Source: Dictyostelium discoideum
Lineage: Eukaryota
Direction: 5' to 3'
Length of the DNA: 64,000 nucleotides
Assembly: GCA_000004695.1 (NCBI GenBank)
Contig: CM000151.3
Location: 608,001-672,000, forward strand
The notes beneath the pieces were generated by a model, which saw nothing but the letters and a program-made list of their open reading frames with translations, ran no database searches and was not told the origin of the DNA. Positions 60,886-64,000 of the stretch are shown here, piece by piece. Positions within the stretch are counted from its first letter, which is position 1; each line of letters opens with the position of its first letter. Both the position numbers and the translations under genes were made by a program.

Positions 60886-62371
60886 ATGAATAGAAATTTT
60901 AATAATATTAATAATAACAATAATAATAATAATAACTACCACGGCTATCAATACCATCAACAACAACAACAACAAAATCAACAACAACAACAACAACAAT
61001 ATAATAATAATGTAATAAAATATTTATGGAATACGTATACACAAACAGTAGTTTATCAAGATTCATTATTTAATTTAGTAGAGTTTCTTCAATTTTTTAC
61101 ATTAAACTACTATAATGATACCATTGGTGATTTATTATTCCTATCAAATGGTACACTAACAGATATAACAAGACATCTTTCGAAACATTTAATTGAAGAA
61201 ATTGGTTATAGTTGTACATTATTAAATCAACAACAACAAACACAACAAACACAAACACAAACACAATCTAAACAACAAACAATACCACAACTTTCATTGA
61301 ATAATAGCATACCAACATCATTTACAACAACAGCATCATCAACAAATACAACACCAAATGCGGGATTAAAATTAGCAGAATATGAAATTTATCAATACTT
61401 AATTGGATATTCTACAGCGGGAGAAGGACCATTAGTATTAGCAGCACTCGATATATTATCTAGACAATCACCAAATGGTATACCATTATCATTTTTAAAT
61501 TTTTTAATAACAATATTACTTAGAATATTATCATTACCACCTGAATTACTTTATAACAATAATAATAATGATAATAATAATAATATTAACAATTTTAGCG
61601 GAAATAATAATAATAACTTTAATAATAATAATCATTACTTTAATAATAATCATAATAATCATAACCATCATTATCAACATCACCAATTAAAAGAGAAAAA
61701 GAAAAATGTAAATAAACAACACTTTAAACCAATCGAATCATTCTTTTATCTTCAACCATTACCTTCTTCATTAAGTGATATGTTTAGAGATGATGATTAT
61801 GCATCGCTTAGTAGTAGTTATGGTGGTGGTGGTAATCTTACACCATTATCATTATCTTCAAATCATGCTTTCTCTCCTCCTCTTTCCTCTTTAAAAAATA
61901 GTAGTTCAAATACATTTACAAAACCATCATCATCAACAACAACAACAACAACAACAACAACTCAAACACCAACACCAAACTCAAATACAGATTCAAAACA
62001 AAATAAAGATAATAATAATAGTAAAAATAATAATAAAGAAGTATCATCAGTTGTATTATTAGGGTATCAAATATTAAAAATTGTAGAGAATTTAGTAAAA
62101 GATAAACTATTTCTTTATGAATTAGTAACATCAGATTGTTTTTCACAACTTTTAAATATTTTTTATAAATTACCAATACTATCGACAACAGCTTCTTCAT
62201 TACCACCAAATTCTTCATTTTCAATAATTTATCAACAATTATCACAAATTTTCGCTCAAATAATGTCAAAATCATGTTTATCTTCTGATACTATAGTTTT
62301 AATTCATAATTTTGTAAGTAGAGTAATAATATATTATTAATAGTGGCATATATTGATAAATGTATTAATAC

Positions 62372-62428
<57 letters not shown>

Positions 62429-64000
62429 TTAGAAATTAATTAAAAATTTATTAAATATTATGGATAAATTAAAAGAAAAAGATGAATATAATATGAATTT
62501 AATAATTGAGTTGAATAAGATAATATTGTTTAGTATTAAATCATCGACTAGTATAACTAAATTATTACATGATGATTTCACAAAAGCAAATGGGTATTCA
62601 ATATTATTGAATTCAATGATATTCATATCGGATTATGGTACATTAAAGAATAAGATTGATTATATTCAAACTACAACCAATCTATTATTTATTGGTCATC
62701 GTTCATCTTATTTAGATAAAGCAAATACAAAAATGTTTGAAATTTATTTAAACGTTTTCTCAATATCAACATCAGAAGAAACTAAAACTGAATTATTAAA
62801 ATGTATAAAAGGTGTATTCTATACAAGTTTAATTGAAGAATCATCATCATCTTCATCATTAATTATTTCAAGTTCAGATAATAATAATAATAATAATAAT
62901 AATAGTGATGGTGTTAATGATGATAAGAATAATAATAATAATAATAGAGATAATATAATATTTGAAGATGTTATTGATATGGATGGTAATGATAGTTATT
63001 TAATATTTCATCAGTTTCAACCATTTACAATATTATTTAGTCAATTTGATACATTGAATATAAATAATCGTAGAATGATATTGGATATGATGGATGTATT
63101 ATTAACAAAGAATAGAATATCATTGAATGAATTGAAAGAGTATTGTAATTTATTTAAGAGTGAATTACCAAGTACAGTGTTATTGGTATCACAACATTTA
63201 ACTGAACTTTTAACAAAGGGTAAAGTTAGTTGTGATGTATTGGGTAGAGATTTATCATTGACTCAAAAGTTATTAGAATTCTTAGTTAACGATCCAACTA
63301 CATTAAGATTCTCTTCAATTTTATTACAAAATGAAACTGAATTACAACTTTGTTTTTCAATTTTAAGTACAAATAATAATAATAATAATAGTAGTAGTAA
63401 ATATTATTCAAATAATATTCAACAACAGCAACAGCAACAACAACAACAACAACAACAACAAAAGAAAAGACATGTTTCAAGATATTTAGTACTTTATATG
63501 ATTGTAACAGAGATTTTAAGTTTATTATTGGAATTGTTAGTACCACCATCGATTCAAACAATATTCATACAAGAATGTCAAGGTTTGAAATTACTTTATC
63601 CAATGTTATTAGATGAATATTTAATTCAACCAGCTTTGAAAGTTATTGCAAGTATTGCAATTGGTGGTTTACAATTAGAATCTAGAATTATACCAGATCT
63701 AATTATGGAGTTACAAAATAATGGTGGTGGTGCTACAAATTTAGATTCAAAAGTATTAACAATGAGAAAGAATATATTCTCTTCAATGTGTTATATATTT
63801 CATAATAATCCAAATTCAAAGAATTCATTTAGAAATTTTCAAGGTTTTACTTGGTCATTATCAATTTTAGATGGTATTTCAAGATATTTAATTAGTATTG
63901 ATAATAATAATAATAATAGTAGTAATAATAATAGCAATGATAATTTAAATGATTTTAAAGAATCATTGGATCATAGTTGTAATGGTGTTTTAAATAGTAA
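60886..64000 (+). CDS. N-terminal part of a large protein (runs off the window end), helical/ARM-like with poly-N/Q tracts; join(60886..62313,62433..>64000)
   Basis: Exon 1 is ORF 60886..62340 up to the donor AAT TTT|GTAAGT at 62314. The intron is (TTA)n-rich. The acceptor attttag at 62432 is followed by a stop-free frame (KLIKNLLNIMDKLKEKDEYNMNLIIELNKIILFSIKSSTSITKLLHDDFTKANGYSILLNSMIFISDYGTLKNKIDYIQTTTNLLFIGHRSSYLDKANTKMFEIYL...) that continues to position 64000. Confidence 0.7.

Noticed and set aside
60732-60920. Minus ORF 60732..60920 and 61916..62275 overlapping the large plus-strand gene
   Set aside because: These are antisense low-complexity translations (poly-L/F) of (TTA)n/(TTG)n tracts.

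Overview
The window is extremely AT-rich (about 78% AT) with long homopolymer runs and (AAT)n/(CAA)n tracts inside genes, and short AT-rich GT..AG introns. This is typical of Dictyostelium discoideum nuclear DNA.

Gene content, left to right:
- A RING/B-box/coiled-coil/Kelch protein gene on the minus strand.
- A 65-aa three-exon gene.
- The NIP7 ribosome-biogenesis gene.
- A two-exon rhomboid-like gene flanked by a pair of related ~150-bp repeats.
- A tRNA-Arg(UCU) gene with a downstream external B-box, followed immediately by a truncated A-rich non-LTR retroelement (TRE3-like ORF1 plus poly(A) tails).
- A four-exon CLN5-like lysosomal protein gene.
- A ~9.3-kb BEACH-domain gene (ConA-like lectin, PH-BEACH and WD40 domains; 2967 codons in my model, consistent with lvsD).
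- A secreted-protein gene.
- An MLCK-like CaMK kinase gene with four exons.
- A SAM+PH-domain gene.

The most notable region is 36.3-57 kb, a cluster of IPT/TIG-repeat single-pass membrane protein genes of the Dictyostelium tgr (tiger) allorecognition type:
- A tgrB-like gene on the minus strand with a basic cytoplasmic tail.
- This gene is divergently paired, across a 515-bp shared promoter, with a tgrC-like gene on the plus strand.
- A second tandem tgrC-like paralogue follows, lacking one TIG repeat.
- A graveyard of rearranged pseudogene copies follows: a second divergent pair whose promoter is deleted, plus 5' and internal-deletion fragments.
- Dispersed segmental repeats are interleaved with these copies.
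- The tgrB-like gene carries an in-frame TAA between its transmembrane helix and the tail ORF.

A family of at least six micro-genes (54-66 aa) was also found. Each starts M-[AT/S]-I-[LF] and has a phase-1 intron after codon 4. Four of them lie in a cluster that includes a ~930-bp tandem duplication. One member has a weak GTTGGT donor and one has a divergent C-terminus.

Coordinates were derived by hand and may be off by 1-2 nt at some splice sites.
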